This document shows, in pieces, positions 1 to 14,900 of a stretch of DNA of 39,179 nucleotides. The stretch is from Deltaproteobacteria bacterium (GTDB lineage: Bacteria; Bdellovibrionota; UBA1018; UBA923). The notes below the pieces were generated by a model that was not told the origin of the DNA, searched no databases, and worked only from the letters and a program-made list of their open reading frames with translations. The translations under genes and the position numbers were made by a program. Numbering within the stretch: the first letter of the stretch is position 1; every line of letters begins with the position of its first letter. The stretch is from positions 1-39,179 of the forward strand of contig JACQAX010000029.1 of assembly GCA_016194795.1 (NCBI GenBank), in the 5' to 3' direction.

Positions 1-155
1 AGTGGAAAAATGTCTAAAATCTGCAAATGTTGCCAGCGCGAGCCGGCGACGATGGAATGCCAGGTCTGCAAGCGGTGGATCTGCCTGCAGTGCCAGCACT
101 CGCACAACTGCTATCCGCGGCGTTTCGTGCTGCCGCAGGCGCCGCGAACTCCGCA

Positions 156-1538
<1,383 letters not shown>

Positions 1539-1553
1539 CGCCTGGAAAGGAGC

Positions 1554-1826
1554 CTAGGCTTCTTTCGTATCTTCGTAACCCATGATGTCGACGTAGGTCG
1601 TGCCCTGGGCGATGCCCGAAGACGGCGTCGCCGGCTGCCCTTTGATGCGGATGCGCTTGGCCTTGAAGAGGTCTTTGAGCCCGTTGCGCGAGAGGATCTT
1701 CAGATCCAGGTTTCTCGACTGTTTGCGCAGCGCTTCGAGCAGCAGGGTGTCGAGCCGGGGAGAGGCCGAGGTCAGCTCGAGGACCACGCGAAACGAGTTT
1801 GGGGGCTTATCTTGGGGCTTGAACAT
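1554..1826 (-). CDS. small S4-like RNA-binding domain protein (hypothetical)
   Basis: 90-aa ORF. The pattern RLDTLLLEAL...LSRNGLKDLFKAKRIRIKGQPATPSSGIAQGTTYVDI resembles the S4 domain at the N-terminus of pseudouridine synthases and Hsp15. It is convergent with dbpA. An in-frame GTG (VVLELTS) is an alternative start. Confidence 0.5.
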   Translation of the reverse strand: MFKPQDKPPNSFRVVLELTSASPRLDTLLLEALRKQSRNLDLKILSRNGLKDLFKAKRIRIKGQPATPSSGIAQGTTYVDIMGYEDTKEA

Positions 1827-1847
1827 ATGGCCTTATAGCAGGATTCT

Positions 1848-2690
1848 ATGGGGATGAAAGCCAATCTCGACTTCAGCCCGGGGCTCGTTCCGAACGAGCA
1901 TCAGTTCAAGGACCCGTTCTTCCAGCGCTTCACGCTGCGAAACGCGCCGAAGCCGCTTCGGCTCTCGGAGACCGTCTCGAAGAACTACGTCTTTCCGACG
2001 ATGTATGCCGACGTGAGCTGCGCGATCGGCATCTTCAAGTGCAGCTTTGATGCCGCGCTGAAGCTGATGCCCGATCCGGCATTGAAGCCCGTGAGCATGC
2101 TCGGCGGCAAGTCGCTCGTGATCTTCTCGTGCTACGAGTACCGCACGGTCATGAACGTGGCGCCTTATAATGAGATCGCGATGACGATCCCGGTGCTCGC
2201 CGGCGGCTTGCGCCTTCCCGTGCTGCCGATGGTCCTGAGCGGCGCTTTCAGCAATTTCGGCTACTACGTCTTCTCGATGCCGGTGACGTCCAAAGAAAAC
2301 GAGCTGCGCGGACGCAACATCTGGGGCCTGCCCAAGGTCACGCAGGACATCGACATCACCGTGCGCGACGGCTACAGCACGACCGTCGCGCGCGACGAGC
2401 GCGGCGAGGCGTACTTCGAGCTGAACGTGCCGCTCAACGGCGGCTCGCAGAAGAGCTTCGACGTCACGGGCCGGCTCTACTCCAAGCTCGACGGCCGGCT
2501 CCTTCGCGCGCAGACGAACTTCAAGGGCGACTTCAACGTCGTCAAACGCGCCGAGCCCGGGCGCGAGTACCTCAAGATCGGAAACGGACCCGCCGCGGCG
2601 ACGCTTCGCTCGCTTGAGCTCGACAAGACGCCGTTCCAGCTTCGGCACACGCCGGGCATGAACGCGGCTTTTGACCTTCCAATAATGTAA
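1848..2690 (+). CDS. acetoacetate decarboxylase (ADC)-like family protein
   Basis: 280-aa ORF. Length and sequence pattern (YVFPTMYADVS...VIFSCYEYRTVMNVAPYNEIAMTIPV...) resemble the ADC beta-cone family. The call comes from recalled family features, not a search. Confidence 0.55.
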   Translation: MGMKANLDFSPGLVPNEHQFKDPFFQRFTLRNAPKPLRLSETVSKNYVFPTMYADVSCAIGIFKCSFDAALKLMPDPALKPVSMLGGKSLVIFSCYEYRTVMNVAPYNEIAMTIPVLAGGLRLPVLPMVLSGAFSNFGYYVFSMPVTSKENELRGRNIWGLPKVTQDIDITVRDGYSTTVARDERGEAYFELNVPLNGGSQKSFDVTGRLYSKLDGRLLRAQTNFKGDFNVVKRAEPGREYLKIGNGPAAATLRSLELDKTPFQLRHTPGMNAAFDLPIM

Positions 2691-2859
2691 CGATTTGTAA
2701 TCGCTTACATACTCCTGAAAATAAAAGACTAATTTCCAGCCACCGATTTTTACGACGGGCGGAAAAAGCCGCGTACAATCTTTTTTAACGCATCGAATCA
2801 AAACAGGCACACCGGCAGATTGGGGCCGGTCTTGTACGTCAGTACGGAGGGTGGCCGCC

Positions 2860-2958
2860 ATGATGCAGAATAGACTGAATCTCTTTAAAGCACTCCTGCG
2901 CGTGGTCGTTCCGGGTGCCATCGTTTTCCTGGCCGCGACGGCGGCCGAAGCGTTCGCG
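2860..2958 (+). other. Sec-type signal peptide of the giant RHS protein
   Basis: MMQNRLNLFKALLRVVVPGAIVFLAATAAEAFA|KD has a basic n-region, a hydrophobic core and an A-x-A (AFA) cleavage-type site. Confidence 0.7.
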
Positions 2959-5900
2959 AAAGATCGCTTCAACATCCAAATTTCTCCGTCGATCGCAAAC
3001 GGCGTCATCGAAGGCCAGAGCGAAACCTTCACGTTGAAGGAAGTTCTGGCGCGTGGCCCTTCGCCTAAGAACGAAGACGACGATAGCGACGACTCCGACG
3101 ACGACCGCCCGCCGAAAGGCCCTCGCTGGCTTGCCGAGTACGTTTGGAATGGCACGGTCGTCGGCACGCAGGGACCGCAGAGCCTCGCGGTGGGGCAGGG
3201 CTTTGATTTTACGTACTCGACGGCGCGCCTGCATCCGGCGAGCGCGGGCACGTCCAACACGTTTGTCGTCAACGTGTACAAGGTTCACGGAAAAAAGGAC
3301 AAGCGAAGCCTCAAGCAGACGAGCTCGTATACCGTCGCCGTCCAGCAAGACCAGGTTAAGCCGGTCTTCGCGTGCAGCTCGTTTCCGCTCTCGAACCCTT
3401 ACGTCCAGAGCGCTCCTCAGATTCAATGCACGCTCAGCGACTCGCTTGGTTATCTCGACACGATGGGCGCGGGCTCGATTCTCCTCGACGGCGTCGATGC
3501 CACTTCGAGATTTCAGATCACGCCGTCGGGTACCGGTGTCTGGGTATCGACCTATCTTATTACGGGTAACCTGAACCCCGTGCCTGAAGGCGCGCACGTC
3601 CTGACGCTGGCTCGTGGAGCCGACCTCGCCGGAAACCAGGCGGCGCCGATCTCTTTCGGTTTCACGATCGACCGTACCGCTCCGCTGCTCACGTTTGTCG
3701 GTGGAACGCACGATCACGTCCTGACGAACCAACGGAGCTTCGCCGTCAACGTCGCCGTGAATGACGCGAGCCCGACGATTACGACCATCCTGCTCAACGG
3801 CGCTTCGGTGTCGACGTCGCTGTCGGCGTTTCCCAGCGCGACCGTGACGCTCGCCGAGGGAGCCAACGTCGTCGAGGTTCAGAGCGTGGACAAGGCCGGC
3901 AATGCCGCCGCTCCGCTCCGCCTCACCGATCTGGTTCTGGATACACAGGCGCCGAGCCTGGCTTCGCTCGCGCCGACTTCGAATAGCGCGGTAACCGGTC
4001 CGACGTTTACGGTGTCGGGCACCGCGTCCGAGCCCCTGAGCTCGGCCATGCTGGGGACGTTCGCGCTCACCCTCAGCCCCGACAAGAAAAGTTTCTCGGG
4101 GCAGGTGACGGTTCCCGGCTCTGGCCCGTTTCAGGCGAGCCTGGCGCTGGTCGATCTCGCGGGCAACAGCTCGAGCTCGAGCGTCGCCTACAACGTCGTC
4201 GTCCCACCGCCGTTCGCGATTTCAGTCGATTCGCCGAAAAACGGCTCGACCTCGGGCACGCGCTCCATCGCGATCAGCGGTTCGGGCAATCGCCCACTTG
4301 CCGGAGCGACGGTGAACGGCCTGCCGCTTTCAATCGCCGGAAACTCTTTTTCGGGCACGTTCAATGCTCCGTCCGACGGGCCGTTGAGCCTGGCGATCGT
4401 CGCGAGCTCGTCCGACGGTGCGACGGCGAACGCGAACCTTTCGATTCAAGTCGTCTCGGCGTCTCCTTTGGCGCTGACGAACCTGTCGCCGGCCGACGGC
4501 GCGACGGTTCAGGGGCCCACCTTTCCCGTTTCAGGGCAGGCCAATCGCCGGCTCGCGTCGATCACGCTCAATGGCCAGCCGCTCACGATCGCGCCTGACG
4601 GCGTCTCGTTTAGCGGAAGTTTCACCGTCTCGACCGGCAGTACCGGTAGTACCGGTACGGACTCATGCCCGGTCAACTATTCGTGCGGCCCCTATGCCGG
4701 TGGTCCCGTATCCACGGGCTGCCAAGTGCTCAACGGTATCACGCTCGCTTGCCCGAACAACCCGAGTTGCGACCCGATCAGCGGAAAATGTTCCAACGCG
4801 AGCACCGGCACCTGCGATCCTTCGGTTCAGACCTGCGGGCCAACTTCGCTTGCCAACTGCACGGTCAACGCGAACTTCTACGTCTGCCCGATCGGAAACC
4901 CCGGCGTTCCGAGCAACCCAAGCCTGCTGCCGCTCACCTGCACGATGCAGGGCGCTTATGTTTATTGCGCGATTTCAGGTGGCCCGGTCGCGCCCTATCC
5001 CGGACCGGGCACGACCCTGGCTGATTGCAGCTTCGCGCCGAACTCGGTGCTTTGCACTCTCGACGCTTCAAGCGGCAGCGCAAGTGGCAGTGCAAGTGGG
5101 AGCGGCACCCCGACGCCGATCGTGCTCACCTGGTCCGCCGTCGACGTGAACGGTGGCTCGATCAACGTCGTCACGCACGCCAACGTCCTGCCCGCCGCCG
5201 GCGGGCCGACGTTCGATATCGCGGTCGACTCGCCACAGCCCAACGCAACGCTTACCTCGCTCACCATTCCGGTAAGTGGCCACGCGACGGCTCCGATCGG
5301 GACGATCAACCTCAACGGCCAGTCGCTCCAGCTCAGCGCCGACAAGATGAGCTTCAGCGGAACCTACACCGCTCCGGGCTTTGGCCCGCTGACCCTTTCA
5401 TTTTCGGCGACCGCGCTGGTCGGAGGCGCCGGCGCCGGCGTTGCGGTTCCGGTGACGATCAGTAATGGCGGCGGACCGGGAGGCCTCGCGATTTTCGTAA
5501 CCGCTCCTCAGCAGGGCGCGATCGTCAACAGTGGCCCGTTGACCGTGAGCGGTCACACCAATAACCCGGTCACCAAAGTGTTCGCCAACGGCGCGCCGAT
5601 GCAGCTCGACGGGACAGGAATGAGCTTCACGGGTTCGATCAACGTTCCGCCCACGTCAGGCCCGTTCAATATCCAGCTCCAGGCCACCGATGGCGTCAAC
5701 CAGGCGTTCGCCTCGATCACCGTTCAGGTCGGCTCGGGTGGCACGGGTGGTCCGCCGCTCAGCCTCGCCATTCTCAGCCCGTCGTCGGGCCAGCAGATTT
5801 CCGGCCTTGCCGTCACGATCAACGGGCAGGCAAACACCGTGCTTTCGAGCATCGCGGTCAACGGCCAGTCACTTACGATCGGCGCGGACGGGACGAGTTT

Positions 5901-8900
5901 CTCGGGCACCTACACGGCCCAGGCCCAAGGCAACCTCGCGCTGAACTTCCAGGGCCAGGCGACGAACGGGTCGTCGGCCCAGACGTCGGTCTCCGTGACC
6001 GTGGGCACCGGCATCGCCCTGATCGTCTCGGCGCCCACCGGCGGCGTGATCTCGACCCAGACTTTTCCGGTCAGCGGCACGACGAACGCGCCGATTTCCA
6101 GCATTACGGTGAACGGTCAGCCGATTCCGATCGGCGCCGACCGCGTAAGCTTCTCCGGAACGTACACGGCCGCAAGCAACGGCCCGCTGAGCTTGGATTT
6201 CGAGGCGCTGCTCACCAATGGCGTGTCGGCCTCCAAAACGGTTTCCGTCACCGTCGGCCCGCCGGTCGTACTCACCATCACGAGCCCGACGCCGAACCAG
6301 GCGTTCTCTTCGTTCAATGTCCCGGTGAGTGGTCGCTCAAGCGTGCCTCTTTCAATAATAACGGCCAACGGACTGCCGCTCACGCTGGGCCCGGATCAAA
6401 TGAGCTTTTCGGGGACGTATGTTGCTGGAGCCCCGGGCTCGCAGGGCATCCTCGTCAGTGCCATCTCCGTGGACGGAATCAAGGGGTCCGAGACCATACC
6501 GATCGTCATCAATGGGTCGGTCACGCCGTCGCTCGCGATCAAGATCACCGACCCGACGCCCGGTACGATCATTCGCCCGGGAACGACCTTCACGTTGGGC
6601 GGCACCACGACCGCTCCCGTCGTCAGCGTCACGGCCAATGGCCAGCCCCTTACGATTTCCGCCGATCAGCAGAGCTTCAGCGGACAACTCACCGCGCCTC
6701 TCACCGCCGGTGGCTTCCAGATCACCGTCGTCGCGCGGGACAGCTCGGGCCGTACCGCCACCACGCTCGCCAACCTCCAGGTCACGCAGCTGACGATTGC
6801 ATTCGCCGGGCCGAACGGCGGGCTTTCCGACGGCCTGGTGCTTTCGCCGGGCCCGCTGGCGATTCAAGGCAGCTCAAACTTTCCGCTCTCGCAGGCGACG
6901 GTCAACGGGCAGCCGCTTTCCGTCGGCGTCAACAACGTCGCGACGGCCTTCGCGGGCACGATCAACGTTCCTTCTTCGCCCATCACGTTTCCGCTCAACT
7001 TCAGCTTCACCGACACGTTCGGCGACACGCTGACGCAAACGCTTACGGTGTATGCCGTCTCGACGCCGGGGCCGACTCAAGACCTTCCGCTTCTGTCGCC
7101 CGCGGCTTCGACGAGCCACTCCGTGCAATCCTTCCTGGTGGCGGGACGAACAAACGTGGGCGTGACGGCGTTGTTGGTCGACGGCCAGCCTCTGAGCGTC
7201 GCTCGCGACGGGCAGAGCTTTCACGGGCTTTACACCACGTTCGCGCCGAACGGCGCGTTCACGGCGACGTTCGAGCTGATTCTCGGCTCCAACGCCTCCA
7301 TCCGAGTGCCCGTGAGCTACACGATGAGCGGGCTGGGGATCGCGTTGACGGGGCTTACGCCGCCGCCGGGAGCAAGCTTCCTGCCGCAGAGTTTCACGCT
7401 CTCGGGGCAGACGAACCAGGACGCAAAGACGGTTCAGGGCGATGCCTACGCGCTCGCGGTCTCGATTTCGGAATATCTCTCGCTTGTGGGTCCGGCTCCG
7501 GAGTCGCTGCTCCAGCCGCTCGTCTACCGGCGCGCCTTCAGCGGCTCCTACACGGCCCAGTCGGGGCAGATCACGACGAATATTCGGCTCACGGATTCCG
7601 ACGGCACGATCGTCACGGTGCCGATCAACTACTTCGTGGGCACGGGCCCGCTTAAGGCGAGCGGCGTCTCGTTCGCGTCACTTTATGACATCACCCCGAC
7701 GAATGGGTCGGCCGTGGCCAGCGGCCCGGTCATCATCCAGGGCAAGTCGACGGTTTCGCTAGCGTCGATTTCGGTGAACGGAATGCCGCTTTCGCTCGTC
7801 GGACACCAGGGTTTCTCCGGCGGAATCACGCTCACGTCCACGGTTGACGCGGGGACGAGCGTGTTCGCTCCCACAGGCGACCCGGCGGCTCAGGTGCTCG
7901 TCTTCCATGCGACGACCTCCAGTGGAGACAGCTTCGACCAGAGCGTCACCCTCGAGGTTCAAAATGCCCCGCCGCTCGCGTTCGCGAACCTTTTGCCGAA
8001 CGACCAGACTCCGATCGAGGATCTCGGCTCGCAGCCTATTTCGGGCTCGGCGAACATCCCGCTCGCGCGGCTGTCGGGCACGGTCGCCAACGGAGCAGGA
8101 ACCGGCGACTTGCCCCTCTTCCTGTCGCCCGATGGCCTCTTCTTCACGGGCAGCTTCGATCAGAACTCGGGCGCGGATGCGAACGTGTCGCTCTCGTTTG
8201 CCGCCACCGACATGTTCGGCCGCAATCTCCAGCGTTCCGTGACCGTCCCGCTCGACAAGACCCCGCCCGTGCTCGCGCTCCAACAGCCGGCGCCGGGTGC
8301 GTATCTCAACAGCCTCACGAACACGATCGCGGGCTCGTCGGATCGGCCGCTTGCCTCGGTGCTCGTCAACGGCACGGTGTTCCCGACGCTCGAGCAAAGG
8401 GCCTTCTCGCTTAGCTATGCGTCGGCGTCCGACGGACCGGTCTTGGTCGGGGCGACGAGCGTCACTGGCGGCGTACGGCCGCCCTCGTTGGCGTTCACCG
8501 TCGACACCACTCCGCCCGTGCTCGCCACGGTCACCCCGGGCGATGGCGCCTCGTTCGACGCCGTATTTCGAACCTTTCTCATCACCGGGCGCTTCGACGA
8601 GAACGTGGTCTCGGCGACCGTCAACGGCCTGGCGTGCTCGATCGGGGACGACGCGTTGTCGTTCAACGCGAACGCCACCGCGCTGACCGACGGGCCCCTC
8701 GATCTCCACTTCGTGTTCACCGATCGCGCGGGAAACGTCGCGCAAACCGACGTGAACGTCGTGGTCACGCAATCGGCCCTGAACGGAAATCTCGTGAGCG
8801 TGCAGCCGGTGCCGGGATCGACGAATCTGCGGATCGTCGGCGCTCCCGGCGCGGCCAAGGCCGGAAATACGGTGAACGCGAGCAGCGGAATCTTCACCTC

Positions 8901-11900
8901 CGGTTCGGCCGTCGCGGCCGATGACGGAAGCTTCGTGATCGCGCTTCCGCTATTTGCCCAGGCCGCGGTGTGGACGGTAAACCAGGTCTCGGGCCGAAAC
9001 GACTCGACGACGGTTTACTTCGGCGCGGGGGCCGGCACGAGACTGTCGGGTACCGTGAAGGACACGAGCGGCAACCCGCTCGCTGGCGTCACGGTGAGCC
9101 TTGCCGGTCGAAACGTGCAGGCGCTGACCGACTCGAATGGGGTCTTCAACTTCGTCGACCCGGCCACGGGAAACCAGACCCTGGTCGTCGACGGCGGCAC
9201 CGTGCCGCAGCCTTCGACGGGGCCCAATCGCGTTTTCTCGAAAACTTCGGTCGCGATCAACGTCGGCCTGGCGCAGGCCACCGTCATCAGCCGCCCGATC
9301 TTTCTCGCGCCGATCGTGATGGACGGCTCGCAGACGCCGGTCTCGGCGACGTCCGGCACCACGGTCACGAGCCCGGCCGCTCCTGACGTCTCGCTGACGA
9401 TTCCGGCGGGCGCGGCGACGTTCCCGAACGGCGCCACCTCGGGTGTCGTGTCGATGAGCACGATCTCGTCGCAGTTCTCGACGATCGAGCCCATGAAGTT
9501 CGCCGCCCCCAACAACGTGATCGCGCTCGAGCCTTCGGGCACGAAGTTCTCGGAAGACGTTCGCCTCACCGTGCCCAACGACAACCAGCTGCCGGAGGGA
9601 ACCGACGTCGTCATTCTCTCGATGAACTCGACCAAGGGCATCTGGGAAATCGGCGGCGCCGGCACCGTCGACAGCGGCGGCCGCACCATCACGACCAAGC
9701 CCAATATGGGCATTCGCCACTTCAGCGTGGTCTACGCGACGCCGATCGGCCCGAAGATCGGCCAGATCGGCGCGCAAGACCGCCCGGGAGCCGACACGTT
9801 CAATGGCGCTCTTACGACCGGCATCACGCTTCCGAGCTACAAGTCGCTCGGCCAGAGCATCGCGCCGTCGCTCGTCTACAAGAGCAGCTGGGCTCGCCCC
9901 ACGGCGATGTTCACCAACATGATCGACGTGCCGAGAAGCGACATCACGCTGGACTTCACGCAGGTGCTCGCTTCGCAGGAGCACGCCTATAACGTGACCG
10001 ACCACGAAACCGCGCATGGCTGGATCGAACCCGACTTCATCACGGCGCAGTTCCTGACTACCGGCCTGACGAGCGACGTGGCCACGATGACGGGTCTGCC
10101 CAATCAGGCGACGGTCAGCTACGCGCTCGAGCTCGCGCCGCCGGCCGGTTCCACGCCGGTGCCGGCCGCGGGCGGCTACCTCGCGAGCGACTCCTACCCG
10201 TATCTCTCGCACTGGGAGCTGCACCTCAAGCAGATGGTGCTGCGCACGAGAGAGGTCGTGCTCTGGCGCGCCGACACCGGCGCCCAAAGCATCATCCGGC
10301 AGGACAGCTGGGGCGAGACGCGCCAGCTCGAGAAAGTTTTCCCGTCCGACTTCCAGGGGCTGCTCTACGTCCAGAACCAGACGCAGTCGAGCGCGGGGCG
10401 CGGCTGGCGCGTGGGTGGCATGCAACGCATCGTCAACACCTCCAACGTGCGGGCGATGGTCGAGGAGGCCGATGGCTCGCTTACGGGCTATTCGCAGAAC
10501 AACACGATCACGACGCTCTTCAACGCCGACGGCACCGGCGTCGATCTGAACAGCGGCACCGACTTCACGGCTTATCCCTATGCCACCGTTGAAACCGGAG
10601 TGACCGTCGCGCAGACCGACCTCACCGCCGGGACCAACGCCATTTCGAGCATCGCCACGCTTGCCCGGCGCTTCAGCGCCCGCGTGCTGGGCTGGGCCTG
10701 CTTTGATTCGACCTTCAACGGCAACGTCCTGTGCTGGTCGGGCGGACACTCCTTCGACGTCGACCGCACGCTCTCGCACATGCTCAGGCTTCCGGACGGA
10801 CGGGTGTTCGCCGTCGACTCGCGCGGCAGCCAGGTCTTGCTGATCAACACCGACGGTACGCAGACGATTTTCGCCGGCACCGATCGCTTGCCGCACACGT
10901 ACTATTCCACGCCGAGCTCGCTTTGGGACAACAGCACCAACGTGACGCACACGAGCTGCGCCAACGCGGTCCAGGTTCCGTGGGTGAACTGGTCGGGCCA
11001 GCAGTTCGTCGTGCCCCCGACCTCGAACACGGTGGCCGCCGACACGTTCACCGACGCCGACAACCTCGCCGACCTTCGCCAAAAGATCGACCTGGGCACG
11101 TTCACTTTGGATAACCTTTCGGGCGCGCAGAGCAGACCCGACGGCTCGTATCCGGACTCGGGCTTTCAGGTCGGCCCGTCGAACACCGATTCGATGGGCG
11201 CGTATCGGCAGTGCTCGAGCGGTGTTCTTCCGGATCGCGGCTTCTCGGGCGACGGCGGCGCGCCCTCGCTCGCGCGCCTGAACAATCCGCTGAGCGTGGC
11301 GCCGGGGCTTGGCACCTCGATCCTGATCGTCGACACGGGCAATAACCGCGTGCGCCAGGCCGATCTCGTCAACAACGTGATCACGACCATCGCCGGTAAC
11401 GGCACGAGCTTCGACAACGGCGACGGCGGCCAAGCCCTCCAGGCCGGTCTTTTTCACCCACGCGCCGCGGCCTACGACGTTCAGGGCAACCTCTATATCT
11501 CGACCGAGAACGGCTACATCCGCAAGGTCGACCAGGCTGGCGTGATCTCGACCTTCGCCGGTCTGCCCCAGTCGCTCGGCGGAACGTTCGGCGAAGGTCT
11601 GCCGGCAACCCAGATCATCCTGCAGCGGCCCACGGGCCTTGCCGTCGACAACGTCAACGGCTACCTCTACGTCGCCGACACCGGCTCGGACGTCATCCGC
11701 CGCATCGACTTCCTGACGCAAAGAGCGGTGACAGTCGCCGGCAACTTCACGCCGGGCTACTCGGGCGACAACGGGGCGGCTCTCAACGCCTCGCTCTCGA
11801 GCCCGCTGTGGATCGGCCTTGATCCGAATCAGAACTTGCTCATCGCCGACACGGGCAACCAGCGCATCAGGAAAGTGACGTTCCAGACGCCGGGCGCTGG

Positions 11901-14900
11901 TGGGCAGGTGGTCTACGCCCCGAACGCGCCGACCGACCACAGCACTCTTGCGAGAAACGGCGATGGCTCGTGGGTGCGCACCTATCGAAACGGCACCACG
12001 GTGCTCTTCGACGTGAAGGGCCACCAGATCGGGTCGCAGGACCGCGTGGGTAGAGCCACGGCCTATCAGTACGACAGCGACGGCAACATGACTGCGTTCA
12101 CCGATCCGGTGGGGCGCACGACGACGTACTCGTATTCGGGTGGCTTGCTGGGGTCGATCACCGATCCGGCCGGAAGGACGACGCAGTTCACTTATGCGAA
12201 CGGGCTGCTGACTTCGGTCGTCTTCCCGGACGGGACACAACGCCAGTACGGTTATGACGGTAAAGCTTTGTTGAATGCCGAAACCGACGAGCGCGGTTTT
12301 ACGACGCATTATGTTTACAATGACTTCAACCGCCTGACGGCGGTTACGAAGGCTGACGGATCGACGGTGACTGTGAACGACTCGGCTTCGGCTACGGCCA
12401 TGAACTCGTTTGCGGTTGGGCCGAGTGGTGGGACGCTTAAGACCTTTGGCGTCGACAGCGGCCAAATCTACGACGGCATCAGGGACGCGAGAAGTTTTGA
12501 GACAAAATTCTTAAAAGACACTTCGGGCTACATCACAACGATCGTCGATGCAAACGGGCAGACGACGACGGTAGATCGAAATGCCAAAGGTCAGCCTACG
12601 TTGATCACTCGCCCTGACGGCACAACGGTGTCATTCACGTACGATCCCGCGACAGACGATCTTATTGCTCAGTCTGACTCGGCTTTGAACGTGTCGACGA
12701 GCCAGACTTACGATGCCTTTGGAAACATTCTTACCCAAACCGACGGGCGAGGTTTCACGTCCGCAACGACTTACGACCCTGCGACAGGCCTCGTCCTTTC
12801 CAAAAGCGATCCCCTGGGGCATGGGCCAAGCTATCAGTACAACCAACTTGGGCTTCCCACGATAATGAGCAACGCTCTCGGAAAGTCGACGACTACGCGC
12901 TACGACGCTTTCGGAAACGTGAGCTCGATCACTGACCCGCTAAATCATACAACGAGCTATGTACGAGATCTCGCTGGGTATACGATTTCGATGACTAATG
13001 CCAAGAATCAGACGACGCAGTATCAACACGATTCATTCAATCGTCTGAGTTCGGTCACGAATCCGAAAAACGAAACCACAAGCTACATCTATCTCGCAAG
13101 TGGTCAACTTTCGCAGATCAGCGACCCTCTCGGTGGAGTTACGAGTTTTCAGTACGACGTTCTTGGCCGGCTGAGCTCAAAAACAGATCCGCTTGGCATG
13201 ACTACGAGCAGGGGATACGACGCCAACGACAACGTGGTTCAGGAAAATGATCCTAACAGCAACGTGAAGACGTACGTCTACGATAACCTGAATCGACTCA
13301 TTCAGAAGACGCTTCCCGATAACGTAATCACGATGAGCTACGACATTCGCGGAAACATGCTCCAAGCCGCGAACCAGCAAGGCGCCATAGGCTTCGGCTA
13401 TGATGTCGGCGGAAGGTTGACCTCGACCACGACCTCGGGGTCGGGATTGCCGACTGCGACGTTGGCCTTCCAATACGATGCCAATGGCAATCGTCTCAGC
13501 ATGACCGACCCGGTTGGCGTGACGAGCTACAGCTACGATCAGGCCAGCCGCCTCACGAGCCTTACCAATCCTAAAAACGAGAACTTCATGTTCGGGTTTG
13601 ATGCGGCCAATCGACCGACTTTGATTATTAGGCCCGGAAGTAGTACGGCCCTCGCGTTTGACGATGCGAATTTCTTGACGTCGATCGTGCACTCGAATTC
13701 CAGTGGAACGCTTGCATCTTACGGCTATGTGATGGATGCGATCGGAAACCGGACTGCGGTGACGACGCAGGCTGGGACTCAGAACTTCGACTACGACAAT
13801 AACAGCCAGCTTACGAGTGCTAGTAACCCTGAAGCCGCCGCTTTGAATGCAAACGAGACGTTTACGTATGACTCGGTCGCTAATCGAAAAAGCGATCAGA
13901 ACGGCGCGTACAACTATGACGGGAAAAATCAGCGCCTGACCGAGGACTACGGCTATACGTATACCTACGACAATAATGGAAACCTGATCGCGAAGTCCCA
14001 AAAGGGGCTAAACGGTGGGACGACGAACTTTTATTATTCGTCTGAAAACCAGCTCCTGAGCTTCAAAGTCTACGACCCGACATTCAGCTCAAGCCAGCCG
14101 ATCAAGGAAGTGACTTACAGCTACGACGCAATCGGTAGGCGCGTTTCCAAGCAAGTCGTTGATCATTCTGCTGAGACTGACGTCACCAAGACCTTCGGGC
14201 GCCGCTACGTCTATGACGGCCAGGAGATTCTTCTTGAGTATGATGCGGGCAACAATCTGCTCGCGCGTTACACGCACTCGGGTCTTCAAAGCGACGACGT
14301 GCTTACCGTCGACGTGAGGTCCGCCGGTGTATCCGTGGGCCTTGCCCAAAATACACAGACGTACACCTACCTGAAAGATGCGCAGGGATCAGTGCGCGAC
14401 GTTGTCGATACATCCGGAAATAAAATTCAGCACTACATCTATACTGCGTTTGGCGTGCTCCTTGGAATCCAAGACGCAAATGCCGCAGATGTGACGACAA
14501 GTCCTCCGGTTCGGACGAGTTATACATTCACGGGACGGGAGCTCGATAGCGAGAGCGGAAATTACCACTATCGCGCGCGCGTGTATGATCCGCGTACTGG
14601 GCGCTTCATCCAAAAGGACCCTAGCCCTGGAGTTTTGAAACTCCCAATAACTTCGAGCAATACATACATTTATAGCGCCAATAGCCCGACGAACTTTAAG
14701 GACCCGTCGGGAAGAAATTTCATCGGTTCCGCTATCGGGAATATCTCGCATGCGCTTCTTGAAACAATTGCAGGGCCCTTAGGCGGAGTTTTCGGTGCGG
14801 CTGGCTGGCATGCTTTTCAGGGTGGCACAATTTGGAAGGACTTCCTCGCAGCTGCCGCCGTAACTCTGATTGGCATAGCCATCGCAGCGGCACTACCGGC

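Noticed and set aside
1827-1847. Only 21 nt between the divergent S4-like and ADC-like start codons
   Set aside because: One or both annotated starts are probably too far upstream: an in-frame GTG exists in the S4-like gene and a second ATG in the ADC-like gene. This is a start-site ambiguity rather than a biological oddity.
2691-2859. Possible promoter (TTACAT-17-ACTAAT near 2705-2738) and a weak GCGG-loop-CCGC hairpin with a distal T-run upstream of the RHS gene
   Set aside because: The -10 box matches only 4 of 6 positions, and the hairpin has a 4-bp stem separated from the T-run. The region is AT-rich and probably regulatory, but no element can be placed with confidence.
3664-8950. Periodicity in the Ig region as a possible CRISPR array or DNA tandem repeat
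   Set aside because: The repeats are about 270-300 nt protein modules with diverged nucleotide sequence. There are no short identical direct repeats with unique spacers. The periodicity is entirely within one ORF.
8950-12465. 1171-aa ORF on the minus strand, antisense to the RHS gene
   Set aside because: The composition is Arg/Ala/Gly/Val/Asp-rich with no recognisable motif, as is typical of stop-free antisense frames in GC-rich DNA. The plus strand here has unambiguous CarboxypepD_reg, NHL and YD motifs.
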